In this document: piece after piece, positions 22,824 through 34,239 of the stretch
Position numbering within the stretch: position 1 is the stretch's first letter
Layout: every line of letters begins with the position of its first letter
Source: Octopus sinensis
Taxonomy: Eukaryota
Assembly: GCF_006345805.1 (NCBI RefSeq)
Contig: NC_043017.1
Span: forward strand, 3,782,001 to 3,846,000
Direction of reading: 5' to 3'
DNA: 64,000 nucleotides
The notes under the pieces: generated by a model
Seen by the model: only the letters and a program-made list of their open reading frames with translations
Told to the model about the DNA's origin: nothing
The model's database searches: none
Program-made: the position numbers and the translations under genes

Positions 22824-24988
22824 GAGAGAGAGAGAGGGCAGGATAGAGATTACGGATTCAAAGTATTGCAACGTACCGTTCTAAGTTCGGCCATTTGACC
22901 ATCAAGAATGCCATATCTCTTCTTCCAGTCAGCAAGTTGCTTCTCCAGTTCGCTTGTCCTCCTTCTGCTGGTTTCGCTGTCTGCAATGCGTTGGGCAACT
23001 TCATCGTGTAATCCATCGATTTCCGCTTGCAGTCTGTCTCTTTCGTCCTGCACTTGGCGCAACCTAACAGAAAAATAGTAAAAATGTTTTGCTAAAGACT
23101 ATTATTTATCCTATGTAGGGATTGATGTGGCTAGCAGACACGGTTAATATAATAACAAGAATATACTAACAATATTATACAAATTATGAAAAAAAGAATG
23201 AGAGAGAACCACCAAAATGTTGAACTTTCATAATATTTTTTGTTAAGAAACTTAACGTTAAGCACATTTTTTAGGATAAGAAGCTCCTCTTCCTATCCTG
23301 ATAAATATATCAGTGAAGTTGCTTAGGAATCTGTATATATACAGAATGAACAATATATATTGGTGAATAAATACACATACGGTGGGAAAACCGTTGAGAG
23401 ATTTACCTTTACATGTTCGAATGTCCTACAAGCCATAGCATCTAAATATATGTATAATTGTACGATACCTTGTTATAAATGTTCGCCCACATTTTTCAAG
23501 AAAGATAAGACAAAGTAAAGATTATTTGCCAACATAATGTGGCAGTCCCTGTTGGAACGGATGTTAGTGTTGTTTAGCCTTAGGAAATATCTTCTCCAGC
23601 TGGCTATACGACACAATCTGTCCTAATATGTATCGTATAGCCAGCTGGAGACGATGTTTTCTGGTGTTAAACAACAGAAATATTCGTCCCTACAAGGAAT
23701 GCCACTTTTTTGTTGTCAAATAATCTTTACTTTAAAGTTCTGTTACTGAATATCTCTCGTTGCGAGATTTAGAAATAATAATTATTAAAAAATAAGACAG
23801 TCTGTTCACCCTCAATGTCGGGCTAAACAACAATATCCAAACTTATTTAGTTATATGCTGGTACAGAGTTAAGTACAATTCATAAACCTGTAAGTAAAAC
23901 TCAGTACAGTTGTTCATTATATCCTTCTCTTTGCACAATTTGGGGGATGGATTTTTCTCCGTGTTTATATAGATTAGGTTAATTCGAATTCAGTTAATCC
24001 AGTGCATTTCTGAACAGACAAATTGTCCTATAGATATAATTAATTCGGAAAGGAGTAAAGTTTTTAATAGATGGAATTACGAGTTTCGCTTAAAGAACTT
24101 ACAAAAGTTTCCTTGCAAAGCTTCATCTTCTTAATGAATTTAACGTAAGACATTTGTCACAAAATGGAATCCACGCATAAAATTTTAAATGCATCATTTC
24201 AGAACAAAAAGCTGCAGGTTCGCTACCTGCATTTTACAATCTATTGATCTTTATGCTTGCTGTCACAGATCTCGTATTTTTAAAAACAAATTGTGCAAAC
24301 TCTATGCAAATTAAGAAAATGATATTCAGTTTTGACAGGAGTTCATAAAGAGAAAGTTTTGAATGACATAATAAAGGAGCGGGAAAAGTAACAGAAAGAG
24401 ACTTAAAAGGAAATGAGAATAGCCCAATTAAAAGAACATGGCCGCATCTTTAAGATAAACGTTTATAATGCGTAGAAGTTTCAAACGACTTAATAAAGGA
24501 GCGGGAAAATTAACAGAAAATTTTACTTACTGTTCAGTCAAATCTTCGACTTCTTCTTCAAGCGATTCATTCTTGGACTTTACAGCTGCAAGTTCCTTAT
24601 CCCTGTCTTCGATGATTCCTTTTAAGTCCTCCAGCTGCTCTTGGTATGATATTTTGATCACATCAATGTTAAATTCAACTTGAGATCTATTTAAGAGTTC
24701 CTTAAGATGTTTATTCTCAGCCTCCAGCATACGTGTTTTTTCAAGGAATTCGGCAAGTTTGCAATTCAAACCTTGCAGATCTTTCTTTTCCTTTTGGCTG
24801 CTATTTTTCATTTCAGCAACACTTCTTTGGGAAGATTGTGCTGCCACTCCAGAGGCCAGAGAAATTGGTGCAGCACGGACATTAGTTGCCATAGACATAC
24901 CATATTGAGACCCCATACGAATACTACTCCTTGGACCTCTTCTACTCCTTCGAGTTGTTTTGCTGGTTTTTATGCTAACTTGACTCAT
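11033..24988 (-). CDS. Cytoplasmic intermediate filament protein gene B (long coil 1B, lamin tail domain), 11 exons, about 563 aa
   Basis: Exons 24988-24531, 23063-22877, 21758-21663, 21030-20866, 19679-19560, 16977-16757, 15315-15236, 13427-13324, 12930-12820, 11985-11872, 11068-11033. All introns are GT-AG and the frame is open (1692 nt). Rod end [19 protein letters not shown]; 96- and 221-nt exons are typical of IF genes; ends ...IKTNM*, no CaaX. Confidence 0.92.
11872..11985 (-). CDS. IF gene B exon 10 (lamin tail domain)
   Basis: [38 protein letters not shown], flanked by AG and GT. Confidence 0.88.
12820..12930 (-). CDS. IF gene B exon 9 (lamin tail domain)
   Basis: [37 protein letters not shown]. 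Confidence 0.88.
13324..13427 (-). CDS. IF gene B exon 8 (start of lamin tail domain)
   Basis: [34 protein letters not shown]. Confidence 0.88.
13527..14092 (-). mobile_element. SINE family 1 with expanded internal (TA)n
   Basis: Matches the other family 1 copies. Confidence 0.88.
14395..15060 (+). mobile_element. Penelope-like retroelement 3' relic (GIY-YIG endonuclease plus 3' region with degenerate hammerhead)
   Basis: [30 protein letters not shown] is a PLE-type GIY-YIG motif; hammerhead-like TGAACA-GC-GAAA-GC-GAAA-CCGG-TC at 15026-15051. Confidence 0.8.
15236..15315 (-). CDS. IF gene B exon 7
   Basis: [26 protein letters not shown]; phase 2 to phase 1. Confidence 0.85.
16757..16977 (-). 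CDS. IF gene B exon 6 (coil 2 end)
   Basis: 221 nt; ...[28 protein letters not shown]. Confidence 0.95.
17087..17710. repeat. Compound (CA)n/(TA)n microsatellite
   Basis: Read directly from the sequence. Confidence 0.95.
17940..18612. mobile_element. (TA)n-associated element with ~78-bp inverted repeat (Penelope-derived?)
   Basis: 17968-18045 is the near-perfect reverse complement of 18535-18612; same family as the 55901-56083 hairpin. Confidence 0.6.
19560..19679 (-). CDS. IF gene B exon 5
   Basis: [40 protein letters not shown]; 120 nt, flanked by AG and GT. Confidence 0.85.
20866..21030 (-). CDS. IF gene B exon 4
   Basis: ECKEYQAML...[20 protein letters not shown]...RHAEQ; 165 nt. Confidence 0.9.
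21663..21758 (-). CDS. IF gene B exon 3
   Basis: 96 nt; [32 protein letters not shown]. Confidence 0.92.
22877..23063 (-). CDS. IF gene B exon 2 (long coil 1B)
   Basis: 187 nt, equal to the vimentin-type 61 nt plus 126 nt (42-residue lamin-type extension). Confidence 0.9.
23513..23791. mobile_element. Foldback insertion in gene B intron 1
   Basis: Imperfect ~220-bp palindrome at 23512-23733; ATAAGACA duplicated at 23505-23512 and 23792-23799; absent in gene C. Confidence 0.65.
24531..24988 (-). CDS. IF gene B exon 1 (head and coil 1A)
   Basis: MSQVSIKT...[26 protein letters not shown]...; donor CA|GTAAGT. Confidence 0.93.
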
Positions 24989-25104
24989 ATTTGTTGTTGT
25001 TATTCAAACACTAGAATGGAATAGGAAACCCTTTACTGTACGGGGAACAAACGGGACACAGAGAAAATTCTGCTGAACGATATACAACCTGCTTTCGGAA
25101 ACCG

Positions 25105-25141
25105 CGAAGTGGCCAAGTCTAAGGCGTTGTCCTGTTTTATA
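25105..25141 (-). promoter_or_regulatory. TATA box and initiator of gene B
   Basis: TATAAAA at 25141-25135 with a CCACTT Inr-like motif 31 nt downstream; conserved in gene C. Confidence 0.65.
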
Positions 25142-26031
25142 TGTGCCAAAGAGGAGTTGCAGTGAGAGTGCAATGAACTGATTAATAGAGAAAAAGAAGT
25201 GGTGATAGATACGAAGAAAGATGAAAGAGACAAAAAGTGAGAGTATAGTAATAGTGGGAGATTCACTGTGTGGGACATAAAATGTCACAAAACAAGTTTT
25301 TTTTCTCCTTTTATATTTCATTTGTCCTCATTTAAAAACATTAACGCTTGTGTATACGTTTGGCAAAAAAAGAAATGTAAAGAAAAATAATGAAAGAAAT
25401 TGTGTAAGTAGCACATCTTCACGCTTCAGTTAACTCTAGGCATAATCGCAATACATCCTCAGCCAGCAACACACCTATAAAGGTAGATCGAGTTGCCGTC
25501 ACACAGAACATACTTTGTGCATACATTCTTTTGCAAACAATCCAGTTTCTTTTTGAACAATAAACTATATTTATCGTTACTCAATTTTCACCATGAGGTC
25601 TTTTGTCAAGAGTGATTGACAAAAGTTAGAACCTCAATAGAATAATACCTGGTTGTATTTAGCTACGTCTCCTTACAATCTCAGTTCAAATCCCACTGGT
25701 ATTTGACAAAACATACTATGAGTGGGTGGTAGACAATCTGTCACTCATTTTAACATTACGACTTGACCATTCGGAGTAACTTTTGGTGAAGTACGTTCAG
25801 TAGCCCGTATTCGAGTAAGGAACCATGGCAGATAGCAAATTGCTCCGATAAGTTTCACAAACTCCGGAATAGGTAACAGACATGGACATCTTCCTTTTGA
25901 TTTAGTTATATAAATTGAGAATAAAATAAAAAGTAAAATGTCTTAATGTTTATAGATTCAAAAATACTGCCTCCCTCAAAAATTCATGAGTGCTTTGTTA
26001 ATGACAGCAGGCATTATTAATTTTGTCATAT

Positions 26032-26580
26032 AAGGCTGACAGAAATTTAGCGGTATTTCGTCTGCCGATACGTTCTGAGTTCATAATTCCACCGAGGTCG
26101 ACTTTGCCTTTCATCCTTTCGGGGTCGATAAATTAAGTAGTTGTTGAACACAGGGGTCGATATAATCGACTTAATCTCTTTGTCTGTCCTTGTTTGTCCC
26201 CTCTATGTTTAGCCCCCTGTGGGTAGTAAAGAAATAAGAAACGTTAGAACGCCGAGCGAAATGCTTAGCAGCATTTCGTCTGTCTTTACGTTTTGAGTTC
26301 AAATTCCACCGAAGTCGACTTTGCCTTTCATCCTTTCGGGGGTCGATAAATCAAGTACCAGTTACGCACTGGGGTCGATATAATCGTCTTAATCCGTTTG
26401 TCCTCTCTGTGTTTAGCCCCTTGTGGGTGGTAAAGAAATAGGTATTTCGTCTGCCGTTACGTTCTAAGTTCAAATTCTGCCGAGATCGACTTTGCCTTTC
26501 ATCCTTTCGGGGTCGATGTAATCGACACTTCTTCTTCCCCAAAATGGCTGCCTTTGTGGCAAAATTTGAAACCACCATTA
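26032..26580 (+). mobile_element. Three tandem or nested SINE-like family 4 units
   Basis: Three gtcgactttgcctttcatcctttcgggg-type cores; the homologous site upstream of C has a single unit (53954-54170). Confidence 0.75.
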
Positions 26581-26839
26581 CTTTTGTCATAAACAGTGAA
26601 TGAATAGAAACGCCGAGACACCGAAATATGATTTGCAGCATTTAGTTAAGTTCTATATACTGAAGATTATATATGTTTTTTGAAGATTATATATGTTTTT
26701 TGAAAGAGATTGAGCTTTATGGATTTATTAATTGGAATGTTTAGACGCTCTTATCCGCTCTTAATTTTAGTACTGAAAATTTTTTTACTAATCTCTTTCC
26801 CTCACACTTTTCTTCCATACACCTCCGACGTATATTCTA

Positions 26840-27230
26840 CTAGCAGTATAGCCCGGCGTTGCTCGGGTTTGTTTCGACCTTTTAGAATTGGAATTTTTGA
26901 AAAGTAAAGATTTTGCATTATGTAGCTTGTTATTCTCTTTAAGTGAACATTTTTCTGGTTGAAATACACCGAAAAATAGCGACACAGCAGTCAAGAAATC
27001 GCAAAAATAGGGATTTTCATAGAAAAAAAGCACCTTTTTGATGTAAATAATTGTTGGTGTTAACATGGTCCGAGTTGAATTTTTTCTTCTACGAAAGGAA
27101 GAGCAAGCCTTCTTCTATCATACTCTCAATTTTGGTCAACTTGCGCCGCAGGGTCTCGGAGGGGATAGTGTTAGTTGAAGGCTACCAAACCTGCTATATA
27201 CAGACAACTTCAGCTTTGTATATAGAGAGA
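26840..27230 (-). mobile_element. Non-autonomous Helitron
   Basis: Minus strand reads A|TC...hairpin CCCGAGCAACGCCGGG...CTAG|T, the canonical Helitron termini and AT target. Confidence 0.75.
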
Positions 27231-27259
27231 TTTACATATATTTTTATATATATTTGTAT

Positions 27260-27550
27260 ATGGCCTAGTGGTTAGAGCAGCGGACTCACGGTCGAGGGAT
27301 CGCGGGTTCGAATCTCAGACCAGGCGATGTGTGTGTATATGAGCAAAACACCTAAGCTCTACGCGGCTCCGGCAGAAGGTAATGGCGAACTTCTGTTGAC
27401 TCTTTCGCCACAACTTTCTCTCACTCTTTCCTCCTGCATCTTGCAGCCCACCTGCGACGGACCGGCGTCCGTCCAGGTGGGGAACCTATACGCCACGGAG
27501 ACCGGGAAACCGGCGCTTATGAGCCAGGCATGGTTCAAGAAGGAGCAACA
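27260..27550 (+). mobile_element. SINE family 2b
   Basis: tRNA-like head TGGCCTAGTGG...GGTTCGAATCT; matches 32645-32952. Confidence 0.85.
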
Positions 27551-27818
27551 GGAGAAGATATTATTTAAAATATATACCTATATATTTTGTATGCTGTGCA
27601 TTAATATATATATATATATATATATATATACAAAGAGCAATAAAGATTCAAGTTAATTTAAAAGAATTTACTTGAATATGATACCTAACTTAGATGCACC
27701 AAAAAAAACTATACTGATTTAACAATACAGTAATGTGGGGTGATTATAAGCGAGAAAGAAGCAACAAGAATGGATATATATATATATATATTATATATAT
27801 ATATAATATATATATATA

Positions 27819-27882
<64 letters not shown>

Positions 27883-27998
27883 TACATAATTCGAATTTAG
27901 ATTGTGCTTGTTTTTCGGATATACGATCCACTAATGATATACATGTGCGTGTGTGTGTGTGTGTGTGTGCGCGCGCGCGCTCGCTTGTGTGTGTGCAC

Positions 27999-28147
27999 GT
28001 CTCTTCTATTTTTTTATTATTATTATAAGTCTTCTACTGAGCAGGGCGCCGGTTTCCAACAAAGACACAAGGCTCCATTTTTGAGATGTAGTTGACACAG
28101 ACAAATTCGCATTTGTTACTTGAGAAAATTCTTCCATATTTTTACTG
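27999..28147 (-). mobile_element. 3' end of R4/Dong-like LINE
   Basis: Aligns with 8745-8890. Confidence 0.6.
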
Positions 28148-28629
28148 CATGGGTTTACCTGGAATTTGAACTAAAGACCTGTACCTTCATGGAAATACCG
28201 ACCAACATCCATATCCTCTAGACAAAGAGGAGTTGTGAACATTATTTTCCTACCTGTATTCTTCCATTTTAATCCCTATAAACTCTGAATTTTATTCCTT
28301 CTAAACTGTAAGTTTTTTCCACGTGTAAAATATTCATACCTTCGCTCTGGTGACGGGATACCCAGTGCATGGACATGCTAACCTAAAACTTGGGTTATTC
28401 CAGAAACAGCCGTAAGACTTTTAATTCACCTTATCCTAGTGAAATTCTTCTAAATGACTTGAGATATTCGTTCTGTTTTGGTTTTTATTTTTCGTCTATA
28501 ACGGAAATCTAACACGGTTCCCTAGATCCAGACTTAGCTGGGATCTTGAAAACTAACGGTCGACAACTATACACGCCGAGTGTGCGTGTGGAGACAGCCA
28601 AAACAAGCATTTGGCCCTGACCGCCTTCT

Positions 28630-29172
28630 TCCAACTGTTAAACAAGGAGGATCTGTGATGATCTGGGGGGTCTATATCTTGGAAAGCCGCCGGCGCAATG
28701 GTTTCCCTGCATGGCAGAATTAATAGTCAAGACTGATTAAGCATTTTATCTTATCAAATTCAACCTATGTTTGCGGGATTGTTTCTGGAGGGAAACGCAA
28801 TCTTTCAGGATGATAATGCACCAATTCACACAGCTAAAGTTGTTACTGAATGGCACGAGGAACATTCTAGTGAAGTTGAACATCTTATTTGGCCACTAGA
28901 GTCCCAAGATCTCAATGTTATTGAACATTTATGGTGCATTTTTGAAAAAACAAATAAGAAGTCGATATCCTCCACTTTCATCACTACAAGAACTGGAGAC
29001 TATTTTAACTGAAGAATGGACATAAATCCCTTTGGAAACAATTCAAACTTTGTACGAGTCTATACCTCATAGAATTCAAGCTGTAGTTACTGCCAAAGAC
29101 GGTGCTACCCCACATTAAAATAAATTTGTTTGAAAATTTAAGGTGTTTCTATTATTTTGTCCAACCCCGGTA
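28630..29172 (+). mobile_element. Tc1-family transposase 3' relic with right TIR
   Basis: GGSVMIWG...IFQDDNAPIHTAK...WPLESQDLNVIEHLW (DD34E-type); ends ...ttttgtccaaccccggTA. Confidence 0.85.
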
Positions 29173-29220
29173 TGTATCTATATATTTATCATAATTATGT
29201 ATGTGTATGTATGTATATAT

Positions 29221-29416
29221 ACTCTTTTACTTGTTTCAGTCATTTGGCGGTGGCCATGCTGGAGCACCGCCTTTTAGTCGAGCAAATCAACCCCAGGACT
29301 TATTGAATCAGTCTCTTTTGCCGAACCGCTAAGTTACGGGGACGTAAACACACCAGCATCCGTTGTCAAGCGATGCTGGGGTGACAAACACAACACACAA
29401 ACATACACACACACAC

Positions 29417-29420
<4 letters not shown>
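29221..29420 (-). mobile_element. SINE family 1, 3' half
   Basis: Matches the family 1 tail. Confidence 0.8.
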
Positions 29421-29455
<35 letters not shown>

Positions 29456-29779
29456 GCATGTCTTGTGCTTGCAAGCAGTATTTCACACTCATATACATTT
29501 CTGGCATTTCTGGGGGTTTTTTTTTTTCCTTAACTGAGATGTGAACCGACTCACCTCATTTTGAAAACAGGAAAGGACGAGAGTGAAAGCAAAGCAAAAT
29601 GCGGAATGATGCGAAAAGTAAACAAGAAATGCAAATCGATAGTTGCGTCCCCTTGCCCATAATATCAGAATTTACGTTTACGTGGACAAGAAGAAAACTA
29701 CTATATTTATGAGTCCTTCAAAAGGGACAAAATAAAATTTAAAATTCATTCAAAAATAAAGACACGATAACCAGCAGTC

Positions 29780-29814
<35 letters not shown>

Positions 29815-30182
29815 ATTTGGCTCAAAAGCAAATAGCAAGACCATGTAGGGGGACATGGAGTTAAGTACAGGGTGGTGTTCATGTAAAGAGTTCAGGCCAC
29901 TTGAGGTCCAGGGAGGCTTTGAACAAAGCGGTCGTCGATATCTTTACCATCTCGTCTGGCAGCTTGTTCCACGGATCCGCAACCCGGACGGAGAAAGCTC
30001 CTCTCCTTCGATTGAGATGAAATCGTCGCAGGTAGAGCTTTTCGGAATGACCCCGCAGCCGACGCTCTGGAGCAGGAGTGAAGAACAGCTCTTTCGAGAG
30101 GTTACACTTTCCGCTTATGATGTTGTGGGCGAGAATGAGATCACCACGGCAGCGGCGTTTTTCAAGTTTTCTTTGCGACATG
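29780..30182 (-). mobile_element. CR1-clade LINE 3' end with (TAAC)n tail
   Basis: LEKRRCRGDLI...RLRGHSEKL...FSVRVADPWNKLP...FKASLD, followed by a tandem-repeat tail. Confidence 0.85.
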
Positions 30183-31268
30183 TGGATTAGAAAAATACAA
30201 AGTGAACAAAATGTATTTGGAATCCGAAGGACAACTGTACAGCACACAGATTCAAACAGAACTTCCTTAATGGATCAAAGAGAAGCAAACTTTGTGTGGC
30301 CGAAAGATCGCATTTTCATTGTAGATCTAAGAACTCCGCGAAGATGCTAAATTCTAGATCCTAAGTCTTTATTAGATGAATGGATATCGATAAACTTGTT
30401 CTTTTTTAAAAATTGACTTGGAGAAAGCCACGCCTGATCAGGCCTCCAGTCTCATAGACTCACATCAACCATATTAATTCTGATTCGAACACCAACATTA
30501 CAAATTCTAATTTGAACGAGTAAAAGGACGCAACTTTTGATTTTCTCTGTTTCGTTCCGTTTTTATATTCTTTTCCCATTCCACTTTTTGTTTTGCTTTC
30601 CCATTCCTATTTGTACTTTCAACTTCCTTTCGTTCTTTCCCTGGTTTTCTGAACGACCATCGTTTTTTCACGTTTTTGAAAAGGAAAATGAAGAAAAGCA
30701 GTTATTTTCTACATTCGGGTGCAAAGCATCGCTTAGAAGCATACAGCATGCAACGTAAGTTGGTCAGTTTATTGTATATTCACTGCAAGAATCTAACTAG
30801 CTAGAATTTTAAAACTATGTGTATGAAATACAATTTAGCTTTCACTGGATGGAGCTTTTTGTTGATCCCACAAGTAATGAAACATTAATTTATATGATAG
30901 GCTGTTTATATGTGTGTCATTATTCAGTTTATTTCAAGATTTCTTGCCAATAGAGAAAGAACCGGCTTCTAACCAAGATCCAAGGCTCCTTCATTGGAAT
31001 TTCAACATTAACAACGGGTATTTTAGTTTGTATGTATGTATGTATGTATGTATGTATGTATGTATGTATGTATGTGTTATGTTTGTATTCTCATGCATAT
31101 AGTTGCATATCCAGACATGCTCATATATATTTAAATGGTAAACTTCTGGAGAGTTTTACAGATTTTTGCAGTTCCAGTGATGGTTTGGATCTGTTGTCTT
31201 TGAATAAACTTTCTCCTTTCTGGTTTTCAGAAGACTAACTTCTCAAGATTGGTATTTAGGCAGTTTGT

Positions 31269-31330
<62 letters not shown>

Positions 31331-31429
31331 CATATATATACATATATATATACATATATATATATAATATATATATATAATATATATATATATATACATA
31401 TATATATACATATATATATATACATATAC

Positions 31430-31474
<45 letters not shown>

Positions 31475-31478
<4 letters not shown>

Positions 31479-31764
31479 GTTGTGAGCTCGAATCCCGGAC
31501 CGGGCTGCGTGTTGTGTTCTTGAGCAAGGCACTTTATTTCACGTTGCTCCAGTTCACTCAGCTGTAGAAATGAGTTGCGACGTCACAGGTGCCAAGCTGT
31601 ATCGACCTTTGTCTTTCCCTTGGATAACACTGGTGGCGTGGAGAGGGGAGGCCGGTATGCATGGCGACTACTGGTCTTCCATAAAAAACCTTGCCCAGAC
31701 TTGTGCCTCAGAGGGTAACTCTCTAGGTGCAAACCCATGGTCACTCATGACCGAAGGGGATCTT

Positions 31765-31765
<1 letters not shown>
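31475..31765 (+). mobile_element. SINE family 3 (5' end lost in microsatellite)
   Basis: Matches 49460-49790. Confidence 0.8.
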
Positions 31766-31812
<47 letters not shown>

Positions 31813-31879
31813 CTGATCTTGTTTGTCTTATCTTGTTTGTCCCCTCTATGTGTAGCCCCTTGTGGGCAATTATGGAATA

Positions 31880-32408
31880 AGGAAGAAGAGTTCGCTTCTC
31901 TATCACATGTATTGATGTTCTGTCTCACCACATGATACCTTGAGCTAACTAATCTGCACATCCTCTGATAACTCAAGGATGGTTTTTCAAGGATTTTCGC
32001 TCACAGCTGCACACACATCGATGCTTTTCTTAATCTTAATGGTTGCAAGTTTCCCAGAACGTTCGTCAGTATCGACATTTTTTCGGCCATTTGGAAACGT
32101 CTGAACCACTCGTATACTTTTTCTGCGGCTCATACACACCTCTCCAAACACTTTCTGGAAAATTGCATAGGCTTCAGAGCAGGTATTACCATGACAACTT
32201 CCTCTTTTTTTGGTCAAAGCGACGATCACTCGCTACACACCTTCCTTCCAAGCTCAGCTGTAAACAGCGAAAGTGAGATAAGAGAGTTAAAACTTAGTGC
32301 GCATTCACAGCAGATTCCAAAGTCAATCATTACCAAGCGGCTTCACTCTGCGTGCTTTAGCTTCGTTACTCTGACAGCAGGCCGAATACGTATTGATCAG
32401 ATCTCGTA
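31880..32408 (-). mobile_element. Mariner transposon 5' relic (TIR plus HTH)
   Basis: TIR tacgagatctgatcaat; GNTCSEAYAIFQKVFGEVCMSR...NGRKNVDTDERSGK resembles the mariner HTH. Confidence 0.75.
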
Positions 32409-32439
32409 TTTTACCAATTCTCGCCAGGCCAGCAGCTAC

Positions 32440-33060
32440 TTCGCAGATTAAGCCACACTCATTACAAATGTTGCGCGGGGATGATTGATTTCTCCTCGTT
32501 ACATGTGTATTCAGGTGGTTGACACTTCCTTCTCTTGAGAGAAGAAAGCGTCCACACATATTGCACATCCAATTCCAGATGGATTTATGCAGGAATCGCA
32601 CTTGAGTCTTGCTTAAAGCTTGAACACTTCAGTGCAGTGGATTCTATTATTTGTTCCTTCTCGAGCCATGCCTGGCTCATAAGGGCCGGTTTCCCGGTTT
32701 CCTTGGCGTATAGGTTCCCCACCTGGACGGGACACCGGTCCGTCGCAGGTGAGCTGCAAGATGCAGGAGGAAAGAGTGAGAGAAAGTTGTGGCGAAAGAG
32801 TCAGCAGAAGTTTCGCCATTACCTTCTGCCGGAGCCGCGTGGAGCTTAAGTGTTTCGCTCATAAACACACACATCGCCCGGTCTGGGATTCGAACCCGCG
32901 ATCCCTCGACCGCGAGTCCGCTGCTCTAACCACTAGGCCATGTGCCTCCACTAGTGGATTCCATTCGCTTTAACTCATAGACATCACACCTGTTCTTGAC
33001 AATTTTTCTCTTTGATGTATGGTTTTCAGCCAATAACGCCTTGTTACCTCCTTTTTAAAA
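32440..33060 (-). mobile_element. Possible RTE-like LINE 3' relic with C2H2-like motifs, interrupted by a SINE
   Basis: WMCNMCGRFLLSREGSVNHLNTH and CNECGLIC. Confidence 0.4.
32645..32952 (-). mobile_element. SINE family 2b, full length
   Basis: TSD AGTGGATTC at 32636-32644 and 32953-32961. Confidence 0.88.
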
Positions 33061-33082
33061 CTGATTCACAGAATACAGATAC

Positions 33083-33313
33083 AAGGCGGCGAGCTGGCAG
33101 AATCGTAAGCACGCCGGGTGAAATTCGTAGCCGTATTCCGTCTGCCGTTACGTTCTGAGTTCAAATTCCGCCGAGGTCGACTTTGCCTTTCATCCTTTTG
33201 GGGTCGATTTAAAAAGTACCAGTTTCGCACTGGGGTCGATATAATCGACTTAATCCGTTTTTCTGTCCTTGTTTGTCCCCTCTATGTTTAGCCCCTTGTG
33301 GGCAATAAAGAAA
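33083..33313 (+). mobile_element. SINE-like family 4, full length
   Basis: aggcggcgagctggcagaatcg...gagttcaaattcc...; absent at the homologous site near 60160. Confidence 0.8.
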
Positions 33314-33625
33314 CGGGTTCACATAATACAGATAATATCGTTCAGTGGCTTCGTAAATATACCAGGGATTCTCCATTAAGGGCCTCAGCTGAACACATTC
33401 TTGAAATTGCGTGTGCTTATAGAACATGCTTACATAATCATTGACATCGAACAATTCACGAAGCTCTGTTGATGTCCTTAAACAAGGACAAACATTGATA
33501 TGATATAAATAGAACGAAACTCTAATCGATTCTATATTATTTTACCCTTACAAAATATTGAAATTAGAAGGAGACTACTAAAAGGTGATCTATAAAGAAT
33601 ACGAAAATAAATATATCAAAAGTAT

Positions 33626-33631
33626 TTTATT
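33626..33631 (-). terminator. Putative polyadenylation signal of gene C
   Basis: AATAAA conserved with B and D. Confidence 0.5.
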
Positions 33632-34203
33632 GCCCTTTTTTCCATACATTTTAGCAAAAAGATCCTCAAAATCGAATTACAAATTACATGGTTGTAAGTG
33701 AAATAACAAATAATCTTCACTATTCTGGAAGAAAATGTTATCAAATTTTCGTCAGATATCATTGTGTTTTCCTTGATAAATTTGCGCTTTTATGATGTGA
33801 ATTATCATTAAGTATGAAGCATCTGGGAGCAAAACAGAAAGTACATTGTTTGTCATAGCACCTAGGTAACTAGGATGGAAGCCTTTATTGAAATCATGAT
33901 TACACAAAGTATCGAGTTGAAACGTTTCTTAAAATCTGATAATTCTGTAGCCGTGTTGCAAAATAAATTGTCTTGAAAACTGTTTTCCTCATACTTTTTA
34001 ATGATCGTAAATTCTAGATAATCACGTGAACAATTTAAAACAGAAAATTTGAAGAGGTTAGAAGTTTACTTTAGAAGGATTATTTTACTGAAATTATTAT
34101 CATTATGGGAAAAATGTGACTTCGTGAAACTTGGTGCTAACTTTAGCAAAAACTTTTCAGCTGAGACAAAATGCACACAAGTTCAGCAGGAAAACTACAT
34201 CGT

Positions 34204-34239
34204 TCATGCGTTCGATTTGATCGTGAGGACAGCGCTTTC
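34204..34239 (-). CDS. IF gene C exon 11
   Basis: [11 protein letters not shown]. Confidence 0.85.
   Translation of the reverse strand, partial: ESAVLTIKSNA

Noticed and set aside
11033-24988. Calling the genes nuclear lamins
   Set aside because: No basic NLS between rod and tail, no CaaX, and the exon pattern (187/96/165/120/221) is the cytoplasmic IF type
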